From Myxococcota bacterium (GTDB taxonomy: Bacteria > Myxococcota > XYA12-FULL-58-9 > JABJBS01), in the NCBI GenBank assembly GCA_036339465.1, contig JAYZAY010000021.1:7612-71611 (forward strand): a stretch of DNA of 64,000 nt, given 5' to 3'. The notes beneath the pieces are model-generated. The model was given only the letters and a program-made list of their open reading frames with translations. It ran no database searches and was not told the origin of the DNA. A program made the position numbers and the translations under genes. Positions 30,182 through 40,897 of the stretch are shown here, piece after piece; position 1 is the first letter of the stretch; the number at the start of each line of letters is the position of its first letter.

Positions 30182-31102
30182 TTGATCACAATATGCCGGA
30201 GACCTAAACCCATGCTGCTAAGAGAAAGTGTTCGAATTCATCACAGGGTTGAACACACGACTACTGTCAGTCACTTAAGTGCCACACCTACTCGAAACCA
30301 TAGAGAAGCCACAGAGAAAGCCACCTCTTCAGTTGTCACCAAATTTACATCTAATATTGAAAGAGTCCAAATTCGAACCATAGAAGCCCCCGAAAGACGG
30401 AATGTCCTCTGCCCCCCCCCGCCCAGTTCGGACTCAATCCTTGGGCGCCGTTCCATTTCCTGCGGAAACTCCGACCTTTTGCGCTATAGAGCTCCTACTT
30501 CCATCGCAGGAGCGCTCAATTGCCCCCCAAAACCAATTCAAGATGGGCCAGCCACAGACAATTCTAATCGTATTAGCGCAATAGAGAATAAGCTAGCTAC
30601 CGATGCGGCTCCACCTGCTCCAAGGATTTTTCAATCCATTAAAGCCACCTTTGAAGGCCTGCAAAAAGCATGGATAAAAAATGACGACGGTAAGCGGGCC
30701 TACGGAAAGTTAGTTCCCGGATTGATCCGTTGTGTTTTGATGTCGCCATTTTGGTTAATCGGCCTCGTTTACGCCGGCCCAAGATCTCTTGCCGATAATA
30801 TCCACCAGTGGGCCATAGACGATCTAAAGAGCGATACTCCAAACCATTCAAAACTCTTTTGGGGAGCCTCTTCGTTGTTGTCGGTCCCAATCAGACTCAC
30901 CATACCCATGGCTATCCTTACGTTGCACTTGACCACAGGCATAGGCGGTCTTGCCGTAACTCTTTTTCTAGAAGCCGTGGTCATTAGCGAAGAAGCTGTA
31001 AAATCAACCGAAGGGCGCTTTCAAAAAATGATGATTTATCGAGCTATAGAAGATTTGGTCTATGGGTTTGAGTTGCTTTCCTCCTGCTTTCCTCGTTCAT
31101 GA
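30182..31102 (+). CDS. Hypothetical membrane protein (306 aa).
   Basis: Several hydrophobic helices are present in the C-terminal half. A C9 homopolymer at 30412-30420 encodes CPPPP. Confidence 0.45.
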   Translation: MITICRRPKPMLLRESVRIHHRVEHTTTVSHLSATPTRNHREATEKATSSVVTKFTSNIERVQIRTIEAPERRNVLCPPPPSSDSILGRRSISCGNSDLLRYRAPTSIAGALNCPPKPIQDGPATDNSNRISAIENKLATDAAPPAPRIFQSIKATFEGLQKAWIKNDDGKRAYGKLVPGLIRCVLMSPFWLIGLVYAGPRSLADNIHQWAIDDLKSDTPNHSKLFWGASSLLSVPIRLTIPMAILTLHLTTGIGGLAVTLFLEAVVISEEAVKSTEGRFQKMMIYRAIEDLVYGFELLSSCFPRS

Positions 31103-31377
31103 AGAAATAGGAAATCCGATTTAAGGAAAAGAGAAGGGTGACCTCAATACCTTAGATAGAAATCAGAGGCCGTAAAACATCGCCTCACACAACGGCTTCA
31201 CAATCTCTATATACCCTCCGGTAATTCAAAGGAACCGGTATTCCTTCAACATTTCTTTTCCCCATACCACGATTGATTTGTGTCGATTTGGCCAACAGCA
31301 CTTCGGGTTACCTATCGAGCCACCTTCGCACGAAAGGCAACTCAGCAAGCGAGCAAACATCATTGCCAAAATCGATA

Positions 31378-31935
31378 TTAATCGTAGGTTTGATCTCCCC
31401 GATCCCATTTTTCTTCTAGTTTTCTGAGTTCCTCTAGATCCTGAATAAATCCATACCGCCCAAGTGTACGTGGCTTAAGTAAACGTGGTGCCTCTAAATT
31501 GTCGTACCGAGCAAAAAATAGCCCATCCTTAATGGCGCCGTAGATCGAATGGACATAGCCAGATTCATCGTTCTTATGGGGTAAGAAAACATCCAAGCTT
31601 TGACCCGCAACCACACTCGCGACAAGTTCCTCTGCCATTTTCCAATTTTGGGGCTTCGAATCATGGTTGCCATTGTCATCTTGAATAATTTCGATCTTCA
31701 AAAACTTTCCATCCCTCACCTCGATCCGAACAATGGCCATCTCTCGCGCCACAAAACCATGATGTCCGTAATACGAACCACTAAGGATGTGCTTCAAAAA
31801 TGAACCATCTTTTAGCATGCCCTCTACCAGCGCTTCATCCCTTTCATAAATCGTGGGTGGCGAAGGCCAAAAAAGAAAATAAGCGACACTTCCTATCACC
31901 CCAATGATAAACAACACAAAAACAGTTCTGTCCAT
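31378..31935 (-). CDS. Membrane-anchored FMN-binding-domain protein.
   Basis: The start is taken at the internal MDRTVFVLFIIGVIG (a TM anchor), because the longer 32253 start overlaps the convergent + strand gene. The FMN_bind-like segment is YGHHGFVAREMAIVRIEVRDGKFLKIEII. Confidence 0.5.
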   Translation of the reverse strand: MDRTVFVLFIIGVIGSVAYFLFWPSPPTIYERDEALVEGMLKDGSFLKHILSGSYYGHHGFVAREMAIVRIEVRDGKFLKIEIIQDDNGNHDSKPQNWKMAEELVASVVAGQSLDVFLPHKNDESGYVHSIYGAIKDGLFFARYDNLEAPRLLKPRTLGRYGFIQDLEELRKLEEKWDRGDQTYD

Positions 31936-32112
31936 AAATCGCCTCAACAACAAGCTATTCAGTAACCAAGCCAAAAGAACCTTCGTGTCTCTACTTATAT
32001 TCCTCAAAGATCCAACGCCACCGTGATCTAGAACACGACATCGAATTATTTTGTAAGCCAAACATTCTGGACAGGTGTACAAATCAAAACAGCTTGCTAT
32101 TGATCTCAACAC

Positions 32113-32619
32113 ATGACTGAAAAAACTTTGGTGGGTAACAATACTATGCAGAACAAACCTCAAGAAGACGAAAAATCCAGTAAACTTACTAAATTCACCC
32201 AATTCGATGTCGACGGTACCGGCTTCGAAGGTGCACAATTTTCGGTAAACCAAGGAAAGGTGGTTTTGGCTGGTGAAAATGTGTTGGTACCCGTCAAGGG
32301 ATACGCTCTAACGGCGCTCTATACAAAATCTGGCCTAAAATCCCTGGAACTAAAACTTTATGTCGACCTCGAAGGCATCGAGCGAATTTATGAAGCGTTC
32401 GGAATCATCATGGACGTGCTTCGTGCCTCAAGCCCAAATCCCTACGACAAATCTGAAGTTACGTTGGTCATTTCCGAAAGTGTTCTTGCAAAATGCAAGG
32501 ATATAGCCGCCACAGGAAACAACCCCGACGACCGACTCCTAGAACTCTTAAAAACAAAGCCAGAATTAATTCAAACCCTCGATTCCTGGACCTTTAGTAA
32601 AGCCAACCCACTCAACTAA
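32113..32619 (+). CDS. Hypothetical protein (168 aa).
   Basis: The ORF is clean and sits immediately upstream of the 1075-aa gene on the same strand. Confidence 0.4.
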   Translation: MTEKTLVGNNTMQNKPQEDEKSSKLTKFTQFDVDGTGFEGAQFSVNQGKVVLAGENVLVPVKGYALTALYTKSGLKSLELKLYVDLEGIERIYEAFGIIMDVLRASSPNPYDKSEVTLVISESVLAKCKDIAATGNNPDDRLLELLKTKPELIQTLDSWTFSKANPLN

Positions 32620-32642
32620 TTAGCTCAAATAGGTGATAAAAG

Positions 32643-35600
32643 ATGTCTAATACCCGCCTCAACCCAACTGGTGACTTTGACGCAAAGCTTCTTCAAAAAC
32701 TTGATGCACGAGATTCCAATACCGATGGCGTCATAAAAGACCTAAACTCTTCTGAAGTGAAAGAAACCCTCGCGAAAGCGGGAATTACGGATACGGCATC
32801 ACTCGACAAGTGGGATGGGAAGTTTGATGGCCAAATTGACCTCACAAAAATACGAAATCCAGAGGGCGCCAAAGATTGGTTTAGTTCGAGCAATACACAT
32901 TTCCAAAATAGGACAAACAAAACCTCTCGAAATCGTGTTTATCAAACGATTGTCGGCGCTCGTGACATGGGTATGGATCGAAGAGGGAGCGAATTGTCTT
33001 CCGAAATCAGTGATTGGAGCAATCTTAGCCGAATCAACTACAATAAATTTTTTAAGAAAGGTCTTGGCTACAATCAAGCCTCCAATCCTCTCACCAAAAA
33101 AGTGGCAGAAATAGACACCGCTCTGCTTGAGATGAAAGACCCTGCGATAAGCGAAGTTCTTAAGAAACAATCGACATTCTTCAAACACATCAATAACTCA
33201 ATTACCAACCGAGCATCGGGACGCACCGACGAAACCGCCAAAGCCATTGAACTTCTTGCTGAAATGAAAACATCAGTATCTAAGCTAGGACCAGAACATG
33301 CAGCACTGAAGCAGCAACTCACCAAGGACATGGCTGACTTCGAGAATCTACTTCTTAACTTTGCCAATGTTGCCCATTTAGCAGAATCAAGAATGGGCCA
33401 AACCGTCAACAGCGCCGATAATCAACTCGCCCCCTATTTCGTGAAAACCCTTTATCGGTATTCCGCTGATATCCGCCGTTCACGACCGCACTTCGGTGCA
33501 ACAGTGCAAGGCGCCATCGATTCCTACCAAAAAGACATCAAGCTTCATCTTCATTGGATGAAGTCCGTCAATGAAATTCGCGCCAATCGAGGCGCCTTTT
33601 CTTCCCTCAAAGACTATCAGGAAGCTATAAGTGCCAAGCTAAAAGGGGGAGGTAAGGGCCTTGTGGAAGCAGCAGTGAAAATGGCCAAAGCTGACTGGCA
33701 AACAGCCAACGCGGGCATCCACCTCCAAGAAGCCGATAAGGCCATCAAACATGGTAGCGGACAAGTAACCCTCGCCAATGCTGAACTCGACAAGACAAAA
33801 TCCTCCTTGGTGGATGGAGAGACCAACATATGGAAAGCTGACCGCGCACTCAAATCAGGAAAAACAGGACCTGCTCAAGAGTTTATAAACCAACTCGGAG
33901 TCCAGCTAAAAGACGTCGACAGACAACTTGCTACGGCCCAACAAAAACTCACCAATGCTAAGCAAAGCGCCGATGCTGCTGATGCACATCTCAAAGACGC
34001 AAGTACTGAGCTAAAGCAAGCTTCAGACATCACCCTATCCGTTAGAAACGGTACGTATGGCAGAAGGCTGAACACCCAACTTTCAAGCATCGAATCCGAA
34101 ATCAAGAGCCTGAGTTCCCTCAAAACCCACCTAACAAATCAACATAAGCGTTTAGTCGAGGATATCAGTGCCACCACAATCCGACATAAAGACCTAAACC
34201 ACGGAGTCGCTGCCGCTCGAAGCGAAGGTCAGACAATCTTCACCGCCGCCCAAAAAATAGAAATCGACAAAGCAGAACAAGCTTACCTGGGTGCACTCGA
34301 CCGAATGATGGATGGTGATACCCTCAAGTTATCCGAAAAGGGTTTGGCCGCACTTATCAATTCTGCAGCGGATGAAAACGGTGAATACAGCCGGGTGGAC
34401 TTTCGGATCGGCGGCGGCGTTGCTGCACGTGGAAATATAGGAATTGTGGGAGGACGTGCTTGGGTACAAGGCATGTTAAGCACTGGTGTCTCTGTCAAAA
34501 GAGGTGACTCCGATGACGTAGAAGTCGCCATCGATTTCGCGGCCCTCATTAATGCTGGTGTGGAAGTTGAAGCACTCTTCGGACTCATCGGTGCCGGTGT
34601 AGAAAGCACTGTGGATTATGAAAAACGAGTTGCATTCCGTTTTGCGAACTCAGAAGATGCGGCTCGATTCTTAATGCAAAAAGTATACGCGCCAATCCTC
34701 CGTCAAGCACGTAACAAAGTTCCCACGAAGGCAAAAGGAAAATTCGACCAAATGGTACAAACTGGCCCCTATTCACTGGAGCCACCTAAGAACCCCATCT
34801 TGCGCGTTAGTAGCCATAAACTCGGTAGCGCTGTGTCGGGTCGGATACGAGGCGGAATCCCGGGAGTGGCATCCGCACGGGCCAAAGGTGGTGTCAGTGC
34901 TTCAAAAACATGGGTCGAACTCACAGACGCTAAAACTGGTCGTAAGGTAAACACTCAGGAAGTCACGAATAAAGCCCTTTTCTTCGAATTCGGTGCCGGC
35001 AGAGCAAATGCAGGAAGCTTTAACGTCAAAGGCGAAATCGCGTGGCAAGATACCGCAAATCACCCTGACCCAAGCTCTGATGGCCGACACCGTGATTGGA
35101 ACTTAACCGTAACTCTCGGTGGCACCACAGCAACGACCATCGCAAAAGGCGGCAAAGCTGCAATAGCCGACTTCGCCGGTGAGATACTGGGTGTCCAACC
35201 TCCATTTTCGCCAGAGAAGCTCAAAGCCGCTGGTGTGACCAGTCAGGTATTTGAAGGTGTTCAGGGTGCAGTTGCAAGCCAACTCGCTCGTATTAAAGGT
35301 GTGGACTCTGACATCGCTCTAACCATCAATATCCACGAACAGGACGTTGGCGGAAAGAGAAGCGGTGAACCAAAATATCAAGTTCAGTTTACACGTGCTT
35401 CCATCAAATACAGCTCCTTCGCAGGTGTCGGTAGTGGCTCATTGAAAGATGCGGGCGGGAAGCTAGCCCCAGGACCAGGCGCAGTTGGAACCCATTTCAC
35501 AGCTGGATTCGGTTATGAACGAGAAGAGGTCATCGCTGAAATTATCAATGGCGGAAATCAGGCGGCAGAAAATTACATTCTTCAAAATGCCGCCAGTTAC

Positions 35601-35870
35601 GAAGAACACGGGAGGTTTGCATCCTGGGCCGGCAGACACAGAACTGCCATCGCTACCACATTTAGAAGCAAAAACTATGATAACAATATCCCTGCCAATG
35701 CATCCGTTACCATCAACGGTGTCAAATGGGATGCTAAAAAGATCAAGGAATTCCGCCAAGAGTTACCCAAACGGCCTGGCGTCTTAATGGGTGGCGATAA
35801 GTTCTTCACCATGACCAAGATCATGTATCAATTAGAGCACCACAAAGCAGCCCAGAGAAAAGCCAGTTAA
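32643..35870 (+). CDS. Large hypothetical protein (1075 aa). The central region is predicted coiled-coil and the C-terminal region is Gly-rich.
   Basis: The ORF is uninterrupted. An N-terminal Asp-rich loop, DARDSNTDGVIKDL, is EF-hand-like but not canonical. The middle has long Ala/Lys/Gln/Leu heptad-like stretches. I recognise no catalytic motif. Confidence 0.55.
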   Translation: MSNTRLNPTGDFDAKLLQKLDARDSNTDGVIKDLNSSEVKETLAKAGITDTASLDKWDGKFDGQIDLTKIRNPEGAKDWFSSSNTHFQNRTNKTSRNRVYQTIVGARDMGMDRRGSELSSEISDWSNLSRINYNKFFKKGLGYNQASNPLTKKVAEIDTALLEMKDPAISEVLKKQSTFFKHINNSITNRASGRTDETAKAIELLAEMKTSVSKLGPEHAALKQQLTKDMADFENLLLNFANVAHLAESRMGQTVNSADNQLAPYFVKTLYRYSADIRRSRPHFGATVQGAIDSYQKDIKLHLHWMKSVNEIRANRGAFSSLKDYQEAISAKLKGGGKGLVEAAVKMAKADWQTANAGIHLQEADKAIKHGSGQVTLANAELDKTKSSLVDGETNIWKADRALKSGKTGPAQEFINQLGVQLKDVDRQLATAQQKLTNAKQSADAADAHLKDASTELKQASDITLSVRNGTYGRRLNTQLSSIESEIKSLSSLKTHLTNQHKRLVEDISATTIRHKDLNHGVAAARSEGQTIFTAAQKIEIDKAEQAYLGALDRMMDGDTLKLSEKGLAALINSAADENGEYSRVDFRIGGGVAARGNIGIVGGRAWVQGMLSTGVSVKRGDSDDVEVAIDFAALINAGVEVEALFGLIGAGVESTVDYEKRVAFRFANSEDAARFLMQKVYAPILRQARNKVPTKAKGKFDQMVQTGPYSLEPPKNPILRVSSHKLGSAVSGRIRGGIPGVASARAKGGVSASKTWVELTDAKTGRKVNTQEVTNKALFFEFGAGRANAGSFNVKGEIAWQDTANHPDPSSDGRHRDWNLTVTLGGTTATTIAKGGKAAIADFAGEILGVQPPFSPEKLKAAGVTSQVFEGVQGAVASQLARIKGVDSDIALTINIHEQDVGGKRSGEPKYQVQFTRASIKYSSFAGVGSGSLKDAGGKLAPGPGAVGTHFTAGFGYEREEVIAEIINGGNQAAENYILQNAASYEEHGRFASWAGRHRTAIATTFRSKNYDNNIPANASVTINGVKWDAKKIKEFRQELPKRPGVLMGGDKFFTMTKIMYQLEHHKAAQRKAS

Positions 35871-36245
35871 TGGAGAGAGATTGTCCGTTCTGCCTACAAG
35901 CTTCCCTGAGACCCGACATTGCGATAACAGGGTTTTAGGTGACGCAACCACCGAATACTACCTCTCAACCCAATACGTCACATCAAAGGAGCGGGGTCAC
36001 TCCAAAACAACAACCGGCTACCGGAGGTAATGGGCCGATTCGGAAGGGGATACCCATTTATCTAAGTTGTCCGTTGATTTCGGCACCATTGGATTGGCCC
36101 GGTGAGGAGGGGCACGCCAAATTGCATTCAATTATAAAAATGGTCTAAAATTCCAAGTATCCGAAGCTAAGAACAGCCGAAGACGTAGACTCGAAATCGT
36201 GGTCTAGCCCCCACGCTTCCTCAACGGTTACCAAGCGGGGAAACC

Positions 36246-37415
36246 ATGTCGTTTGAAATTAAAAATCCAATCACCACCGTAGACGGGCTAAAACAAGTAT
36301 TTGACCAATGCGATTCTGCCGATGAAGCAATCGAGGCCATCGAGCAAGCAACCGCTGAATCAAAAATGGAATTCAACCTAGAAATGGCTGAATTCATGCA
36401 AGCGACCATCGCTAAAAGTAGAACATCAGTGGATCATGGCACCATTGATGCGGTGATCTTATCCCTTGAACCTCAAGCCCCAAAACACCATGCACCGCAT
36501 CCCGTGCAACTTCCCACAGAAGCATCCATTGGCACGATGCGAGACGTCGCCCTGCTACGCCGACCAGCTCCGCGCCCCCCTGAGGTGTCGACGGTCATCG
36601 CTGAAGCCATGGAAATTCGGGCCACCGACAGAAGCACCGGAACCTTTGGCAAAAGGATTGCGGAACTCGAACTTCTTTTCACCCATCCGGAAAACTTTAT
36701 TTTCGGCCTGGCCATCAACCACGGGCATGAACAATGCGATAAAGTCTATCAAACCATGATGGCTTCCGGTACCCACACCCCCTCATGCGGCGACGTCTCA
36801 AGCTTTTTATTTAGAACCCTAGCTGATGCCGATTCCGCAACACTTACCAAATACACGAGTGAAGACGACACCAATGGTGGTTCCATTAAGATTATCAAAG
36901 ACGAACTGAGCAAAGACGGCGACCAGATCCTGAGGGTAACACTGGGCAGCCACAGCTTTCTGATTGAAAAGCGCGGTAGCTTCGATGAAGGGACTTGCCG
37001 CGTCTTTCAATCCAGCGACAGTGGAGGCGGGCCTGGTGGCTACTCATTTGCGACCGCGTTTCGGCGGGACGGTCCCATGGACACCCCCAATTTCCTGCAA
37101 TATCTGGAAGCGATCCTGCATTCTCCTTATCCAAACGGTGACGCACGCTGGGCAGAGTTTCATGATGGGGCCGAAGCTATTTTTCGCGGCACTGTGGATC
37201 CACTACGACTGCCCTCCAACACATATGGACTCTCAAAATGTATCGAGGTGGAGGTTCCACCAAGGCTCAATAGCCTTGATGAATCTTTGGCCGCTTTCAC
37301 TGACCTAGCCCAAGAGCGCGCCAAGGAGTTTCACCAATTTCGTACCAACGACTTGGGTCTCGATGTTCGGACGTATCATCAATCAAAATGGCCAAAAAGC
37401 TGGGGTGGACACTAG
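36246..37415 (+). CDS. Hypothetical protein (389 aa).
   Basis: The ORF is clean. No family was recognised. Confidence 0.45.
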   Translation: MSFEIKNPITTVDGLKQVFDQCDSADEAIEAIEQATAESKMEFNLEMAEFMQATIAKSRTSVDHGTIDAVILSLEPQAPKHHAPHPVQLPTEASIGTMRDVALLRRPAPRPPEVSTVIAEAMEIRATDRSTGTFGKRIAELELLFTHPENFIFGLAINHGHEQCDKVYQTMMASGTHTPSCGDVSSFLFRTLADADSATLTKYTSEDDTNGGSIKIIKDELSKDGDQILRVTLGSHSFLIEKRGSFDEGTCRVFQSSDSGGGPGGYSFATAFRRDGPMDTPNFLQYLEAILHSPYPNGDARWAEFHDGAEAIFRGTVDPLRLPSNTYGLSKCIEVEVPPRLNSLDESLAAFTDLAQERAKEFHQFRTNDLGLDVRTYHQSKWPKSWGGH

Positions 37416-37672
37416 AAGCGTGGATGTCCCTAAATAGGGGTCAAGCAAACGCCCTTCGGCCCCAATGCATCGCGGGGTGGGTATAGTGCCCAAAGCATAG
37501 CCGGAAAATAGCCAGAAAGCACCATTCAGAGATGTGTAACTCACTTCAAAATCTTCAAAATTATGGTCACTTAAAAAAATTTCTGAAAAATCCATTGAAT
37601 TAAACAATTTTCTCTCCACAAAGAGCACCATCGCCGCCCCTACGCCGATATTCCAAGTAGGAGAATTATGCG

Positions 37673-40600
37673 ATGCCAACAACACCTACATTCCTCGCCC
37701 CATCCGAACCGCGTGGCCACGCCCCATTAATCGACAACACAATATCACCTACATCCGTAAGCTATGAGAACGGAAAACTCCTTTTTGGAAAAATTGAAGT
37801 TAGCGGTCTAGAGCTTGATAAACTGGCGTCAGCAACGCTCTCGATGACCATTCCGTTGAACGCTGGAAATTATAGCCTACCTGGCGATTATGATATCGCA
37901 CGGCTCAAGGTAGAAAAAGACACCACCGTCAAGATAGATTTCTCCATTGAACAAAATGCGACAACTCAGCCCACCATTCAGATAGCACAAGTCTCTTTTT
38001 CGAAACCATTTATAATTAAGAATCCATCGGCGTCCATGAAACCCACCGCGACCAAATACGCCTGGCTGAATTGGATTCTAGATGTTCTCAAAGACTTCCT
38101 GGCCAACTTTCACATGAACAATATCCGGCTAGAAAAAGATGGGCTTCTTCAGGTTCACGGATATGCAAAAGCGGCGCACATCCTCAAAATGGATAAGTCA
38201 GAGACGATCACGAAAATCAATCGAACCCTCGCCCTACCCATCAATCCCTCAGAGCGCGTAAATCCATCGAATTCGCCAGAAACACCGCCCGAGTCCAGCA
38301 TCCCTGAAACTTCAGCGTCCGCAATTCGGATCTCAGAGATCAATCCATCCACCCCAAAAGCCAATCCTTCACGCAGTAAATCTCATCTCAAACCCAAACT
38401 CCCTGCGCCCACTATGAACGATGTACCGGATCTACTCAGAGAAATTGGTGCGATGACAGGACGCGCAAAATTTCGATTGGAAGGCTGCGCGAAACCCATG
38501 GCATTGAGCTTAAAAGGACAGGGGCTGGAAGTCCAAGGAGATGAAGGACCTATCCAGGTGACACTGAATGGGGATCTCGAGGTCAAAGCCGATGGTAAAA
38601 TCAACGTCGCCATAATTCCTGCCTCCGTGCCCCTCATAACCACATCCTTTATCACTGCGGACGGTCTCGGTCACATGGATTTGGAATTCGATAAGGAGCA
38701 CGTCCTTAAGGGTTCTGGCGAACTCGCATTCAAAACCAGACTCGAAAATATAACAGGTCGATTTCATCCCCAAAACGCCCTCGAAATCCCCCTGGACCTC
38801 AGTGGAGAAGACACCCTTAGGGGACAAGGCCGAACCGGCATTCGCCTAAGGGAAGGCGACATTAAGCTCAACCATGGTAACTTTAGGATTTCCCTTGATA
38901 ACCGAGTGGCCGAAGACCTCAGGATTAGGGCAGGTAAAACCCATTACGATATTGACACAGGAAGAATCCTCATAACAGCCCATGGCGACTTCGATGCCTG
39001 CGCTGAAGGTGCCTCGATTTGGAATACAACATTTAAAATGACCATCGACGGTGAAGACGGCCTCATTAGTTACCAAGATTATCGAGCCCAAATTGATGGT
39101 ATTTTGAAGACCCAGCTCCGTGCCCACAACATTAGCGCCAGCACGCGCACCGGTGAGGCATCCCTAGGAACTGGAAAGTTGACATACCTCGTCGATCCAC
39201 GAGATGAAGACCATAGGGACAAGCTTCCCTTCGCAACCTTTAACGGGGATCTCGAATTTAAGATCAAGCCCGATGGTAAGTTGACCATCAAACCAGGGAA
39301 AAATGCGGTCGCTGATCTCCTAGCACCCATCATCCATCTCAACGGAAGACAAGAGAATATTGTGGACCCAAAAAGCCCTGCGGTGGGCTCGGTTGGAAGC
39401 CCGGAGATGATGCGTCATATCGAGAAAATAACCGGTGCAAAAATCCACTCAAACAATCGAACCGAACTGCTGGTTGATGGGATTCAATCCTTTCCCAAGC
39501 GACTCGAATTATTAAAAAGAGCAAAAGAATCCATTTGCCTCCAGACATTCATCTTCAAAGATGATGAAACGGGAGGACAAATCGCCCGCCAACTTATAGC
39601 AGCCGCAGAGCGGGGCGTTGAGGTACGCGTCATCGTGGACACCTTAGGAAATGTTCAGAGTATTAATGATTTCTTCGAAGAGAAGCCCCTTTACCTCACC
39701 CTGAAAGAAAATGGTGTTAAAGTCGCTCTCTATAATGACCCCCGAAAATCCGGATTGTCCGATCTCATTGATGCGATGAAAGAAATACCCGCACTGCAGA
39801 AAGTGGACGGCCCCCAAGCATTAAAAAAGCCCAAGATGACACTGCAAATCCTTAATCAGATTCTTAGAGTTTCAACCGGTGTCGAAGATGTTCCCAGACA
39901 CGTCCGCGAAAGGGTAACCAAGGCACTCACGAATTTCGGTCTATCTTCGAAAATCCTTTCGGCTACAGAGATACGAGAGATTTCCACAGGTGCCCTTCTG
40001 AATAAGACACATACTGCCATTCTAATGAAACTCGTAGCCGAAATGAATCACCGATGGCATGAGAAATCCATGATCATCGATGGGCACGAAGCGATCCTAG
40101 GGGGCTTAAATCTCTGTGATGAATACATGTTTGGAGGCACCGGACGAACCATTCGCAGTCTAGGAGAGGAGCGTGAAGCTTGGCGAGACACCGACATCTA
40201 TGTGGCTGGCCCCGCTGTGCAAGAGGCCCATGGCTATTTCGCCCAAAACTGGGAATACCTCACCAGCGAGAGCATAGCCAAACCCAGTACCCAGCCCACA
40301 GAGATCACCGAAAATCAATCCAAGGTCCAAATCGTCTCCCATCACCCCAGACTTGAAGGCGACCACAACATCACCAATGTGATGATTGAAAACCTTAAGG
40401 CACTCAAATCTGGAGAAATCGCCTATATCGAAAATGCCTATTTCCTCCCAACGGGAGCTCTTCAGGCCTATAAAGAAGCAATTATCGACGCCGCCAAACG
40501 CGGTGTGGATGTTCGTATCCTCACGAATTCATCCACCACCACCGATTTAGATGAAATCAACGCAGCTGCAGTATTCCCATATAGGGAGATACTAAAATCT

Positions 40601-40897
40601 GGGGCACGAATCTTTGAACGCACCGGTGAAAGAACCCTTCACAGTAAAATGTGTGTCTTCGGAGACAATACCACAGTGATTGGCTCCTGGAACGCTGATA
40701 ACCGCTCCGCGAGTCTCAATTCAGAAATCGTTGCCATTACCTACGGCCAAGATCTGGCAGCACAGCTAAGGGCCGTCATCGAGAAAGACATGGAAAGCAA
40801 TGTGGCAGTGGAAATCAAGCTCGATAAATTAGAGGCGCTCCCATGGGAAACCGAAATCAGAAACGCCGCTATTTCGGCGCTCAGCTGCTTTATGTAG
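37673..40897 (+). CDS. Large protein (1074 aa) with a C-terminal phospholipase D / cardiolipin-synthase-like domain carrying two HKD motifs.
   Basis: HKD-1 is WHEKSMIIDGHEAILGGLNLCDEY and HKD-2 is LHSKMCVFGDNTTVIGSWNADNRS. A Cls-like N-lobe (LLVDGIQSFPKRLELLKRAKESICLQTFIF...RGVEVRVIVD) precedes them. The N-terminal ~580 aa has no recognisable family and includes a Pro/Ser/Thr-rich linker. Confidence 0.7.
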   Translation: MPTTPTFLAPSEPRGHAPLIDNTISPTSVSYENGKLLFGKIEVSGLELDKLASATLSMTIPLNAGNYSLPGDYDIARLKVEKDTTVKIDFSIEQNATTQPTIQIAQVSFSKPFIIKNPSASMKPTATKYAWLNWILDVLKDFLANFHMNNIRLEKDGLLQVHGYAKAAHILKMDKSETITKINRTLALPINPSERVNPSNSPETPPESSIPETSASAIRISEINPSTPKANPSRSKSHLKPKLPAPTMNDVPDLLREIGAMTGRAKFRLEGCAKPMALSLKGQGLEVQGDEGPIQVTLNGDLEVKADGKINVAIIPASVPLITTSFITADGLGHMDLEFDKEHVLKGSGELAFKTRLENITGRFHPQNALEIPLDLSGEDTLRGQGRTGIRLREGDIKLNHGNFRISLDNRVAEDLRIRAGKTHYDIDTGRILITAHGDFDACAEGASIWNTTFKMTIDGEDGLISYQDYRAQIDGILKTQLRAHNISASTRTGEASLGTGKLTYLVDPRDEDHRDKLPFATFNGDLEFKIKPDGKLTIKPGKNAVADLLAPIIHLNGRQENIVDPKSPAVGSVGSPEMMRHIEKITGAKIHSNNRTELLVDGIQSFPKRLELLKRAKESICLQTFIFKDDETGGQIARQLIAAAERGVEVRVIVDTLGNVQSINDFFEEKPLYLTLKENGVKVALYNDPRKSGLSDLIDAMKEIPALQKVDGPQALKKPKMTLQILNQILRVSTGVEDVPRHVRERVTKALTNFGLSSKILSATEIREISTGALLNKTHTAILMKLVAEMNHRWHEKSMIIDGHEAILGGLNLCDEYMFGGTGRTIRSLGEEREAWRDTDIYVAGPAVQEAHGYFAQNWEYLTSESIAKPSTQPTEITENQSKVQIVSHHPRLEGDHNITNVMIENLKALKSGEIAYIENAYFLPTGALQAYKEAIIDAAKRGVDVRILTNSSTTTDLDEINAAAVFPYREILKSGARIFERTGERTLHSKMCVFGDNTTVIGSWNADNRSASLNSEIVAITYGQDLAAQLRAVIEKDMESNVAVEIKLDKLEALPWETEIRNAAISALSCFM

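Noticed and set aside
31935-32253. An N-terminal 106-aa extension of the FMN-binding protein ORF (start at 32253).
   Set aside because: It overlaps the convergent + strand gene 32113..32619 and precedes an obvious TM-anchor start (MDRTVFVLFIIG). The extension is Cys/Phe-rich with no motif, so the shorter start was preferred.
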